NCBI GenBank assembly: GCA_951406725.2
Contig: OX597816.1
Location: 135,036,001 to 135,100,000, forward strand
Direction: 5' to 3'
Length of the DNA stretch: 64,000 bases
From: Octopus vulgaris
Taxonomy: Eukaryota
Made by a program: the position numbers and the translations under genes. Each line of letters opens with the position of its first letter. Position 1 is the first letter of the stretch. Shown here piece after piece: positions 41,712 through 54,517 of this stretch. The notes below the pieces were generated by a model. The model did not search any database. It was not told where the DNA came from and worked only from the letters and a program-made list of their open reading frames with translations.

Positions 41712-41752
<41 letters not shown>

Positions 41753-41895
41753 GACGGGCTTCTTTCAGTTTCACATGGTTTTGGTAGGCCCAAAGCTATA
41801 GTAAAAAGACATTTGCCCAAGGTTCCACGCAGTGAGACTGAACCCGGAACCATGTGGTTGGGAAGAAAGCTTCTTACCACACGGCCACACCTATA
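41210..41895 (-). mobile_element. SINE family A with a pLTR-like element inserted in its internal microsatellite
   Basis: SINE 3' body at 41210-41440 and head at 41750-41895 flank the insert. Confidence 0.85.
41603..41637 (-). ncRNA. Minimal type I hammerhead ribozyme with intact core
   Basis: GUUU-CUGACGA-A-GAGC-UCC-GCUC-GAAA-CG-UU-AAAU, with a palindromic ACGU stem III. Confidence 0.75.
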
Positions 41896-41896
41896 A

Positions 41897-41985
<89 letters not shown>

Positions 41986-42694
41986 CACACGCTAATACCG
42001 AACAGAGAGAATGAATGCATTGGTGGATTAATATTCTTTATTTGAAGGTTAACAAGACTACCAGTGGTATCATGTAAAGAGAGCTCTCTCAACAAATATC
42101 AAACCTGGCAGATGAGGACGATGGTGCTTGACGCCATCTTGGAAAAGCTCCACATTATTCGCCACTCATGCCAATCCTAAACAAAAACGGAGTAAATCTT
42201 AAACTGTCGCTACATGTCAAAAGGTTTCTCATGAACTTTAATGTTGACATGATAAAAGCCACACTACATTATGGACCATGTAGTGAGCTTATGACATCAG
42301 GTATAACTCAACATTTTCAGATGTTCTATCTTATTCTTTGCAATCCACCGATTTGTTCAGTCACAGATGGTTCTACAATTCAGTGATGCTTCGTTAATTG
42401 ATCCACATTCCACTGATTATTCAAGCATAATAGGTTTAGGAAAATTTTACGTGAGAGAGAGGTAGGGAGTGTGGGGGGACGCGCGTGCGTATATGAGTGC
42501 GCGTGTGTTTGCTGGTACTTCATTTTTTGAGCTCCAACCCCGCGAAGGATAAAAAGGAAAGCCTCACCGCATTTTGGCCTGACACTCTAACGGATTCACC
42601 AACTTCGCTGGTCTCTAATAATGTATAATTATAAAATGAAAATAATAAAACGAATATAATAATGTGTTTTTAATTCTGCAAAACTTTACCACAA

Positions 42695-42731
<37 letters not shown>

Positions 42732-42796
42732 GCTGCTGCTGCTGCTGCTGCTGTTGTTGTTGTTGTGGTTGTTGTTGTTGTTGTGTGTGTGTGTGT
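42695..42796. repeat. (GTT)n/(GCT)n trinucleotide array
   Basis: Directly visible. It precedes a recurring repeat ('ccccaggt...ctgatc..gacct..gatcaaa') also seen at about 9120, 25050, 29070 and 56520. Confidence 0.9.
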
Positions 42797-43578
42797 TAGT
42801 ATAAGTTGCCAGAAGGAAAGCGTGAACAATGAAGTTGATATTGCTGTCTTTATTTTAATTAACCCCAGGTCTACCTGATCAAGCTGACCTACGATCAAAA
42901 GTGTTCTAGAGGTGGCCATCCTGTTGATTTATTATTTTCAAAACATGCTGCATCTCAGACTACATTTTCCAATAAGATACTATTCTGATGACAAAATGTA
43001 ATCTGAGAGATATACAAGGTATTTGAATAATTTCCGTGTAAAAGCTACAAATACACATAAATAACATTCTTATTCACATTCACAGCAACAGTTCCCGAGG
43101 AACAATATTTATTGTATAGACATGAGAAAGCATCAACACACCTTGGCCTTCTGAATGTTTTTTTGCTCTGCTTAAGGCAAGAATTTCATGCGTGCAGTCT
43201 AATAAGTAAATAGGCTTAAGTTGAAGACAATGACACTTCTTAGTAAGTTGAATATGAAAGGCAACTGTGAATATATAGTTGAATACATGAAGAGGAATAA
43301 TTAATAGATAATAGCGGAATAGAATGCAGAAATATATAGCGTATTAAATATATATTGATCACACACACACACACACATACACGTTTATTAAAGTTGAAAA
43401 ATTATCACAAAACTTTTACTTTCACATTACCGTTCGTCGGACAGTTGTGATAAAACAGAGAGAATAAGTGCTCTACAACGAATTGGTGAATAAATATTCT
43501 TTATTTGAGGGTTAGCGAGGCTACCAATGGTTTCATGCATTTATGTACTCACCTGTGTGGTGTGTGTGTGTATGTATA

Positions 43579-43638
<60 letters not shown>

Positions 43639-43851
43639 TATACACACACACATTTTGGCCAGTATATATACACAGTGAAGCTTTACTATAGCGCCGTATA
43701 TTATCGACTGTTATTTCCAGTATACTGCATTGTTATATATTGTCGACTGCATTGTTATACCACTATCTTAGATGTGGGGGCGGTGTACCATATGATTGAT
43801 TGATTGATTCTAGTTTCAGCTCATGAGCTGTGGCCATGCTGGGGCACCGCC

Positions 43852-43928
<77 letters not shown>

Positions 43929-43956
43929 TATTTACAAGCTATTTCACATTCACAGT

Positions 43957-43988
<32 letters not shown>

Positions 43989-43997
43989 GTATGAACA

Positions 43998-44250
43998 GGC
44001 ACTCCGTCAGCTACGACGATGAGGGTTCCAGTTGATCCGATAAAGGAACATCCTATTTGTGAAATCAACGTGCACCTTAACGTAGTTCTCAGGGAGATTC
44101 AGCATGTGACAAGGCTGGCCCTTTAAAATACGGGTACAACTCATTCTTGCCAGTTGAATGAACTGGAGCAACGTGAAATAATAATGGAGGTCAAAATGTT
44201 TCGCCGAAAATCGAAATCATGAGCTCACGATAATGAACAAATATCCTAAC
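43998..44250 (-). mobile_element. SINE family C
   Basis: Homologous to 17561-17866. Confidence 0.75.
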
Positions 44251-44277
44251 CTCAGGTCACTGCTTGGAATCGAACTC

Positions 44278-44700
44278 GGTTTCCCTAAGATTCACAAGAA
44301 TAGTATTCCATTAAGACCTGTAGTGAGCTGTAGAGGTTCAGCATGTCATCTACTGAATTTCTTCCATGTGGATATAATCAGTCCATTAGCAGAAAGTCAA
44401 CATCGTACATGAAGAATTCCATCCACTTCACAGAATTGATTAAGGATACCCCCATTAAATCCAACCAGATGGTGAGTCTAGATGTGATAAGTATGTTCAC
44501 CAAAGTCCCAACTGGTGAAGTACTATCGGTGATATAAGAAAAACTAGTGACAGACGCCCATCTAAAAGAACGCACTAGTATACCAATAAGAAACTTGATG
44601 GAAATGTTGACCTTCTGTGTAGAAACTACCTACTTCAGTATAGACACTGATATATATCGACAAGAGGAGGGTTTAGCTATGGGTTAGCCATTATTTCGTA
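44278..44700 (+). mobile_element. Penelope-like element reverse transcriptase fragment
   Basis: GFPKIHKNSIPLRPVVSC, SYMKNS..F, MVSLDVISMFTKVP and YRQEEGLAMG*PL, with stops and a frameshift. Confidence 0.85.
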
Positions 44701-44758
44701 TTTTCCAGTGGTGTACTCTGTCTAATATTCAAAAGCTTCAAATGGTTAATTATTGCTC

Positions 44759-44788
<30 letters not shown>

Positions 44789-44789
<1 letters not shown>

Positions 44790-45260
44790 CGGGAAGCTTT
44801 ATGAAAATAGACAAAAGACGAAGGCAGGTGGAAAACAAACAAACAATTGTATTAGTATGGCGCTCAGGAAATATAAATAAAACAAGTCTTTAACGTTTCG
44901 AGCCTACGCTCTTCAACAGAAAGATACACAGAGAGAAAAAAAATGCGTGCAGTAACTAACGAATCAACATGGCGATCTGATTTCGGCCAGAGGTCAAAGA
45001 TCAAACATGAGACGCGAGAGCGAAATAAGGGGAGATAATAGGGTTGATAATAGGGTTGAATGACCCTAGGATAGGTCTGGACAGGCGTATGTATGGGGTT
45101 GGTGTATGTATTAGTATGTATTAGTATGTATTAGTACGTATTAGTATGTATAAGTGTGTGTGTGTGTGTATGAGAGAGTATAAGTGCGTATGAGGGGTCT
45201 GGACGTGTGTATGTATAGGGTTGGTGTATGTATTAGTATGTATTAGTACGTATTAGTATG

Positions 45261-45265
<5 letters not shown>
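44789..45265 (-). mobile_element. Penelope pLTR-like element with minimal hammerhead (44887-44924) and (TATTAGTATG)n minisatellite
   Basis: UCUUU-CUGUUGA-A-GAGC-GUAG-GCUC-GAAA-CG-UU-AAAGA. Flanked by (TA)n on both sides. Confidence 0.75.
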
Positions 45266-45335
<70 letters not shown>

Positions 45336-45407
45336 TATAAGTACCATCTCGGGATCCAAGTAAGTTTCGAGCATGTATAGTATAGATGACAATCTTGTTA
45401 TATTCAT

Positions 45408-46402
45408 TTATTACCTTTGCCTTAGCAGAAGCGGAGTTATTGTTTTCAGTCGTGTTTGTTTGTTTGTCCGTAGAGAAGGTATCTCAAGAACCGCTAGGTG
45501 CATTTGGATGAAACTTTCAAGGATGTTTGGCCTCGTGACTGGCACGAACTGATTAGATTTTGGAATTGATCCGGTACCGGGCAAGGATTTTGGATTATTT
45601 GTTATATTTACTTCACTTTACATGAAGTATTACGATCTTACGTTCACTTTCAAGTCTTTCTCTGATTATCCCCCTTGAAAGCACGCTCATGGTTTCCACA
45701 AAATTGAAGGCGGTGTTACTGCTTCCAAAGTTTTATTTTTGTTTCTCTATTATTAATTTTAGTCGTGTCTCTATCTCAGTAGAAACTGATGGATAAAGAA
45801 ATCAAACTACGTAAACAAACAGCAGCAAAACCGTTCAGAAATTAAATAACAATAACATATTCAAGTAACAATTAAAAAAATGTAATTTATCCTCGACAAT
45901 TTTCAGTTTTATCAATTTTGAATATATCACTCCTGTTTAAAACCTCTTACCTACTTGGCAATTGCATTTCTAGCTCTGCCTTGAAGGAAGCTTTACTTCT
46001 TGGGCTCACGTTTTTGTGCGCATCGATATTGTTAAACCTCCGTTAACAGCACCGTATGCAGGTCCTTTCCGTTTTCTTTCACGCACGGATAAATTCTTCA
46101 CTATATCAGTAGATAGACTAAAAAATACCTTCATAGAAAAAATTATCCCTGTCCTCACTGCAGACGACATACACGCAGCGTTACCTGTGATCGATCAGGT
46201 ACCGGACAAGGATTCTGGATTATTTTTCGGTTGTTTTTTTTTTACTTAATTTATGAGAGCAGACGGGTTTATCTTAAGTATTCTTGTTTGTGAGAGCAGT
46301 CGAGTTTATTTCAGATATTCTCATTTTAAAAATCATCGCCGGCTATCGTTGAGAAGACAGTGTTCCTTTGGCGGAAGTTTGCGCTCTCTGAGTGCTCTTG
46401 TT
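45408..46402 (+). mobile_element. Helentron-associated non-autonomous element (HINE/DINE-like)
   Basis: 5' ttattacctttgcc and 3' ggcggaagt subterminal IR, 3' hairpin gcgctctctgagtgc, (GTTT)n near the 5' end, and T-rich flanks. Confidence 0.7.
46005..46140 (+). pseudogene. Gypsy integrase C-terminal (GPY/F) fragment
   Basis: HVFVRIDIVKPPLTAPYAGPFRFLSRTDKFFTISVDRLK. Confidence 0.75.
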
Positions 46403-46780
46403 TTATGTTTAGTTTTTATGTTATATTTCCACTTTTTAAATTTTTCATGTTATTACTATTTTGTACATACGCGTGGCCTTCTTGAATGTAATGTATATGT
46501 AATATTGTATTTTCTTGTGCACATATACAGGCTCTAGTTTTTTTTTATATGCACGTATACATGCTCCCACATAACCTCCTTGAAAGTAATATAAATATAA
46601 TATTTAGTGTGTGTGTGTCTTTGTGTCTGTGTGTCTGTGCGTGTGTAGATATGTTTGTGCGTATTTGCGTGTTTGTATGTCTGTGCATCTGTAAATTTGT
46701 GCGTTTACATATATATATATATATATGTATGTATGTATTTGTGCGTGTGTATGTGTGTGTGTGTATGTATATATATATCC

Positions 46781-46830
<50 letters not shown>

Positions 46831-46839
46831 GTGTGTGTG

Positions 46840-46893
<54 letters not shown>

Positions 46894-47142
46894 GTGGGTA
46901 GGGTTGTATGTATGGGGTCATTCATATATGTGCGCACGTTGGTCCGATAGCAACTCTAATCTTCTCATACATTTTCTTGATGTTACCCACGTCACTCGCC
47001 TGTTGAATTTCTAAGCATAATTTATCCCAGTACTGGTTGGTACATTTTCTAGTTTCTTTTTGAAGGTTGGATTTTGCAGGACGTAGCTGTTGCTTTGTAC
47101 TTTCTGTTGGCTTTCTATTGTGCTTTAATATCTATATATAAA

Positions 47143-47205
<63 letters not shown>

Positions 47206-47330
47206 TATTTATATAATATATATATATAATATATAATATATATATATATAATATATATTTATATAATATATATATAATATATATAATATACACGCGCGCG
47301 CACGCTAGCGCACACACACACACGCACTCG

Positions 47331-47387
<57 letters not shown>

Positions 47388-47404
47388 ACAAACACACGCA
47401 CGGT

Positions 47405-48292
47405 GTGTGTTCAGGCTAAATTTGACATGTTTTTAAATATAATGTTGCCTTTTTTAGGAACAGCTGGATGTGTAGGCGAACAGTCAACGACGTGGAAGAG
47501 CATAAAGGTGAAAATTGTATCTGAGAAAAAGTTAGCTGCCTTGGAGGACTAGGAAGCATTTGAATACTGTAAAAGAATTAGCTGTATCATGATGACTTGA
47601 GCCGTTTATCAAAATGTCGACATCATGACCGCCACTCAGTGCTCTGTGCAGACTGCAAAGGCTGTAAGATGTAACATGGACAGATGCAGCGGAGACTACG
47701 AATACCGTGTCGTGCAGGAGGGGACACAGAATGTGTTCTGAATGCATTCGCACGCCGGAATTCATCCCCACATCTTTGAACAGGGCCTTAGGCTCAATAC
47801 AGACGGCTATGTAAAGCTACTGGAAGTTGTGGTTAATCCCTGGTTGGAATGGGTTGCTGCTGGAAATCCATATGTGTAACAGCAGGATTTGGCTCCTTGC
47901 CATAACTCCAGAAAGAGTCAAAAGTGGTTGTCGGATAATTTATACTTCACCAGCTCCAATTTCTGGCCTCCCAATACTTCTGATTGTAATCCCATAAATT
48001 ACTATGTGTGGAGCACAGTTAAGAAAGATACCAACCACTCTGTCTGCAACACCAAGGCCAAGTTGGTAACCAAGATTAGGATGGTGTTCGAAGAGTGAGG
48101 AACATTTGAACCAGGTTCTGAAACCGTTTTGAGGCCGCAATGGAAACTGAGGGTGGAAGCCTTGAGTAAACTATTATCTCTCAGTCACAATCTAGTTGAT
48201 ATTTTTTTTAATTTTTAAAGATACCTTTATTTTTTGATGGGATATTGTGTTTTCTGTTCTTTTCATGCAAACCATTAAATTTAACCCATACA
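47405..48292 (+). mobile_element. Deleted Tc1/mariner element, maT (DD37D)-like
   Basis: QQDLAPCHNSRKSQKWL..FWPPNTSDCNPINYYVWS. There are 36 residues between the 2nd D and the mutated 3rd position. Partial TIR similarity ('ggctaaattt' / 'aaatttaacc'). Confidence 0.75.
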
Positions 48293-48529
48293 TATCAGAT
48301 TTGTATTTTCAGTTTCTTCCAACCTTTTTAGGAAAATATCTTCATTTAAATATCTTCAAGAAACTAGATCAATTTTATGAAAATAAAATTACAAAAACTG
48401 AACCTAGAACATACAAAAACAATAATAAACTACATAATGGTACAATTAGAAATATGAATTCTCTTAATAACCACAACACTTATGAATCAATAAAATCTAC
48501 AAATAATGCCACATCACCCATACACGCAA

Positions 48530-48960
48530 ATTGAAATTGTAGAGACCCAAACGCTTGTAAATTAGACAGAGATTGTAAAAGAAAAAATGTTGTATACCAA
48601 GCAACAATTATAACACAGGATTCCTCTAAGTATCTTTATAACGGATGCACACAAAACTGGATCAAATCGCGAATTTCTAACGACGAATCGACCTTTAGGG
48701 ACCAAAGAAAAATGAACAGCACTGGACTCTCAAACAAAATTTGGCACCTCAAAAAAAAAGCAATATTGATTTCTCAATTTATTGGAAAATTCTATTATCT
48801 GCACCTTCTTACAAAATTAACAATAAGACCTATAGATTATGCCTTGAAGAAAGCTATAAAATAATGAAAATGAATAGAAACCTAGTAAATACGAGGGATG
48901 GAAAAGATTTTTCATGTAAACACATGACCAGATTCCTTTTCACTCATCTAATGTTGTTTG
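48530..48960 (+). mobile_element. Penelope-like GIY-YIG endonuclease remnant
   Basis: NCRDPNACKLDRDCKRKNVVYQATI..YLYNGCTQ..KSRISN..STGLSNKIWHLK..WKIL..RLCLEE..LVNTR. Confidence 0.8.
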
Positions 48961-49185
48961 ATATTATTTAACATCACACTATATACCCCCTTATTTAACT
49001 AAATAACATCGTAACTTTTTTGATTTAATAATATTTCTTAATTCTGTAGCTTACATTATTTAATTATGATAACTAAAAGACATTCTATATATATGGCCAA
49101 TATGTATCCTGTGTCTCTATATATATTGATATCTATGCATATATGAAATTTAGCTTGTCTATGCTTTATAAGCTTCTGTCTGTAC

Positions 49186-49229
<44 letters not shown>

Positions 49230-49408
49230 TGATGTGCCTATATTCGAATTTAATTACCCATTTACTTGTGCATGTGTACTAATAAAATCTGTTACTGGTT
49301 CACGGATAAGCGTAAGTGGGAGTATATGTGGGAATATATCTATATTTTTTTATTTATTATATATAGAGATATGTGTATATATGTGTGTGTACATGTATGT
49401 GTATGCGT

Positions 49409-49487
<79 letters not shown>

Positions 49488-49698
49488 CAAAAACAATTAA
49501 GATTCAAGTGAATTCTAATGAATTCAAATGAATATGGTACTTAACTTAGATGCACCAGAATTCTTTATGGTATTAACCATAAAATAATGTGGGGTGGTTA
49601 TAACCAAGAAAAAAGCAACAAGAATGGATTAGTAGTTTAGTACAATTGTTTCATATATATATATGGAATTAAACGCAGGTGTTATTCAAGTTCTTTTA

Positions 49699-49786
49699 CT
49701 TCCGACATATGTTTCGAAGACAACGTTGGTATTATTCCAAAAGAAATAAAATGGTGTAAAACAATGTGATCTTCTTATCAGGGAAA
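49699..49786 (-). ncRNA. Hammerhead motif with long stem II and a G8A lesion
   Basis: UUCC-CUGAUAA-GAAGA...UCUUC-GAAA-CAUAUG-UC-GGAA, with palindromic ACAUAUGU and a GUC site. Confidence 0.65.
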
Positions 49787-50403
49787 GAAAGAAAGAAACC
49801 AAACTCATCAATAAGACATTTTAACAGAATGTGATGAATGTGTATAATGATGAACGGAACGCTATTAAGTTGTTTGTTTTTTTTAAAAAAACCGTTTGTA
49901 GATATAACGTCAAAGGTAGCCTATAGAAAGAGAAGGGGTAAAAGAAAGAAATACGCAGAAAACTAATAAAGGAGAAATATAGAGCGATATGTAAATTAAA
50001 ATAAAAGCTTAAAGGGTTGGAAATAGATATATCTAGTGGAAGTGAAATGTAAGAAGAAAATCAATGTTCAAATTATATTGAATGGTAGAAATTACTTATA
50101 ACTAAAGGTATGAACTTTAGTTTATAGTCTGAATGCAAGTTATAAGTTTCACATTAATTCATCGTAGACATTCTTGTTTTTCCGCAACTTTAAGCGAGAC
50201 ATCTACATCGGCTGGAATAGCTTTATCACGGGTCCCAAATAATGGGGGCGGGGAATAAGTACGGGAGACTGGACATTTGCTTAATTTCATTTAAGCGAGT
50301 GGATTGGAATAAATGGTGGGTGGAAAATCGGTAATTTTATAGTGGTATTTGACATTTTTTAATTTTCTAGGTTGTCTCCCTTGATTTTTGAAAACCAGTT
50401 ATT

Positions 50404-53400
50404 TACTCTCGGGTCCCAAATAATAGAGGGGTGTTGGAATATGCGGGTGGGTTAGACATTTGCTTAAATTCATATAAGCGAGTGAGTGGGGATCAATAAC
50501 TGTATGGTGTATGATCGATAATTAGCAAAACAAGCATCTTTAAGTACATATGACATGAGGTGAAAGAAATTAAGAGACAAGTGAAATTAACACATACGTG
50601 TGCTTCAAACGTTCACTTTATTTAAGATAGACATTTGTTAATTATGGTAATTATGGGATTTTATTTTTAATGTTGTGGACTAAACAGATATTGATACAAG
50701 CAACACGTCTTAAAAAGAAAGAAAAATAAAACACAATGAAAAGAGTATAATCACCGTTTCGTGAACTTGCAGTATTTATTATACTATACATAATAAAACA
50801 TAGCACTCTGTAAATAGTTATAATGATACACATGATTTTTCGTCACTGTCTTTCTGCGGGTTTCTCGGTTTCGATATTCGCTTTTTTACGGATTGCCGAG
50901 CTTCACTGACGGTTGACATGAGTTTGTTTCGATATGGCAAGAAAAGTGTAGAGGTCTCGTTTTTTCATCCAACACTTGTACTTTTTCAAGGAACAGAGCA
51001 TTTTTATTAACCTGATCATCACTGCTGATTCCTACAGGAGAGATAGAGCTTCCTGTCATCATGTTTTGCCGAACGTGCTTTGGCTCCTGAGAAACTTCCA
51101 TGGGGATTTATCTAGATGGACCAATCACCTCCAAAAGATTCCCAGATGACTCACTTTCGGCAGCTTTTTTCCTCAATGCCGCCACCATCAAATAGTTCTG
51201 AGCCTTCAATATTATTTGCACGCTTGACCCCTTTCGGTGGAATTAAGTTTTTAATGACTCTCTGAAAAGTATTCGGGTAGGATTTTGACATCATCTCTAG
51301 ATAAAACTCTCACATCGACGGACCGACGAAGTGCATGGTTCGGTCTGATACCTTATAATCTTCAGAGCCATCGAAAGCGTTTATAGCCCACGTCAACTTG
51401 AAAGCAGCTTCGACATCAATCTTGCAATCTGCATGTGCTTGATGTAGCATCTGCATCATCTCGGATCGATTGGACGTGGATACTTTATTCGGAGTTTGAG
51501 TTAATTTTTCCAACATCTTTGTTTTCTCTATTTCGCGATATTTTGCTTTCTGTTGTTTGGGCAAGTGTATGTCGTTAACTTGAACAAATACGGCGATACC
51601 ATTGCCGATGATGATTAGCACATAACCCCTTTTCCAGAGGGGGTCTCTCACCTCCAGCATAAAATGCAACATGTAATCATCGAGCACATAAATTGCAAAG
51701 TTTGCATGTGAAAAGTTATTGAATCGGTTTGGAAGATTTTCAATAGTACAGAGCAGTTGTTCTAATCTGTAAGAACCTTTAGGAGACCATTGATATTTCA
51801 TTGTAGGCAGAGCATGTAGAGTGGTGGTCTTTTCCAGTTCCTCTAAATACAAACTCTGGGATAAGATTGATTTTGGTATCATTGCTAACCTGGGTCAACA
51901 TTGTGATATGTTCCCAAGACAAATGGTTCTTTGACGAACGTATCTTGATTTCTAAATAAGGTACCATGTCCGCTACTTTCATTCCAGTGCAAGGGCATTT
52001 GATAAGAGGATCTACGCCAAATTTATCAAGGAAATAACGACGCACACTCCATATGTTCTTCAAATAATCCTGAATGCGCTCAACACATTACTCTTTAGAG
52101 ACTGAAATGCGCTTGTTTGGAAATTTTAGTGATACTCCATACTCTTTTTTGCCAACCTTTCATCCAGCTGTTTGAAAAACAAAGCTTTCCTCAGGTGGTA
52201 TGTTGGCAAATGGATTCCTCATAAAACTTCTCAGCCTGTAATAGGAAACGAGCGTGATGATCTCCCATGCAGCAATGTTCTAACATCCACAAAGCTTTCA
52301 AACAAGGCGATTTTCACGCTTGGTGCTTTTGTTTTACGACCTCCTCCAGCGACTTGAAATGTTTCTTTGGATTTTTTTCAGCGCTGTCAAGTTCGCCTTT
52401 CAGATATCTTTAATAACAGCGTTTGGCTACCTTAACAGCAGAATCAAATAGTTCATCAGAGCTTTTGACACCGGCCAAATTCGAGTAAAACAAACGAACT
52501 GCTTTGGCGAGATATCCCTGTTTCGCGTGTCTGGGACATGGCGTTTCCTTTTAACATCCCAATGAGTTTTCCCTTTCATTCGCTCTAATTCAGCATCATA
52601 CTCCTCTTAGAATTTGTCTACCACTATAGCAACTGTTTGCTTTTCTCCTATAGAATAATTTCCATACGTCGCACCACGAAATATTCTTTTCTTTGTCATG
52701 ATATTATGAAAAAAAGTTCGTATACAAATTGCTTGAGTCGTGTTGATGTTGTTAAATCCTTATTCCGTAAAAAGCTTGTCTGTAAGGATAAACAGTTCGT
52801 CATTGAAGCTCTTAGTTTGCGTGAAATTTGTGTTGGTGATTGGTAGAGAAATCATAGAGAAGCTGAAAATGAAGATTTGTTGACTACAGTGTAGAGTAGT
52901 TGTAAACTCACGCGTATGTTATAGATTGGGGCAGTTGTCCAGCCTCAAGTTTTTATAAACTCTGGCTGGTTGTAAAGCATATTTTCTGACAGCAATTTGT
53001 TTTATATGTATCCTAAAGCAGGTGTGTTGTGTCTCGAAATGATTGATCTTAGGGTTGAAGGTTATCAATGCCTTGAAATTTTGAAGGCTCACCCGCATGA
53101 ACGTTGGCTACATATACAGTGGATAATATTTTTCTTCAATGCGTTATGAAAACAAATAGAACACACCAGATTTTCTTCCCATTCCTGTCATTTTTTTTTT
53201 TTTTTTTGTCATGCTGATTCACAATTTGTGTCAGTCAAAATAATAATGAATGCCCCAGAGTTTATTATTTTGTACTAGTAACGGGAATCAATTTAATCGA
53301 CTTTCCCCTTCCTTTTAAATAGCTGGCCTTGTGCCTAAAGCATCGGGCAACGTGCCTTTCGGCATAGAGTTATGGCCCATTACGTTCTGAGTTCAATCCT

Positions 53401-53785
53401 GCTGAGGTTAACTTTACTTTCATCCCTACGGGGTCGATAAAATAAAGCACCAGTAATCCACTTTAATCCACTTGTCCCTCCCCACAAATTGTTGGCCTTG
53501 TGCCTAAATGAGAAATCATTTAAAATTTTCTAGGCTATCACCCTTGATTTTTTTTAAACCAGAATTAATTATTTAGCTTATATATCCAATTTATTTTATA
53601 ACATATGGTATTATTTGTAATGTTCTTTTTTTTTCATATATATGTATAATATTTTTAACGTAAAATAAAATTATCAGATTCTCCAGCTGTTGTATCAATA
53701 TGAATAGCTTACAATAAAATTTCACAGGAGATAGATTAGAAAAATTTAATAAGCGGGGGTGGGCGTTATTCAAGACCCCAGAGTA
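50404..53785 (-). mobile_element. Decayed pogo/Tigger-type DNA transposon (DDE_1 transposase pseudogene, about 51150-52620)
   Basis: GGGRK N-terminal motif and AIYVLDDY..IIIGNGIAVFVQVNDIHL DDE region. Imperfect TIRs TActctcgggtcc..aataa / ttatt..gaccccagagTA. Confidence 0.8.
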
Positions 53786-54517
53786 TCTCTACAATAGTGC
53801 CTGACTTTTGTTCTTTGTCCCAAAGAACAAGGTCGACTCTTGCGTTTATAGCAGATTGCTGTTTTTATAGGAAAGGCCCACCTGTGTTCCTTATTTCTAA
53901 TGTGTGAGTATATTCTGATTCTTGTGTATCTTTCGTATGAACATCAGAACAACCCTTCGTAGTTTTTTTTTTTTTTTTTTTTTTCTCAGAAACGTCTTGT
54001 GAAAAAGTAGCATTTTGCGGACATTTTGAGGTAGCTGGTGATGATGTGCGATATCTTTCATAACGGTATGACACAACTGACATTTTCTGTCATAACGTAG
54101 TGATCTAGAAGCATACTTATTACTTTGATCATATATTTAGAAGTTGCCTTCTGGGAGAGGCTATTCTTCCGTCTAATATAGTCGCTACCTCTAATGTTTG
54201 GGGATATCTACCCATTCATATCTTTCAGGTGATATGATGAAAGTGTCTAAGTTTCTACTGAAGTAGATCAGTTCAGCAAACCTACTTGAACTTGTTCAAT
54301 AAACACGATGCGAAATTAGAAAGCTGTTTCGACATGGCGTATCTGAAATGTAATCAGTTCATTTTCAAATTGAATTGACTGGAGTTATTAAATCTGCCGG
54401 TGCCTGGCCCACCTGATGAATAGCTAACTATTAACAACTGTAAATGCATATCTAAGCATGTTCAAGAGAATTTGTATTTGTGACTCTTCTGTGACTATTA
54501 GCTGTTTGAAGATAATT

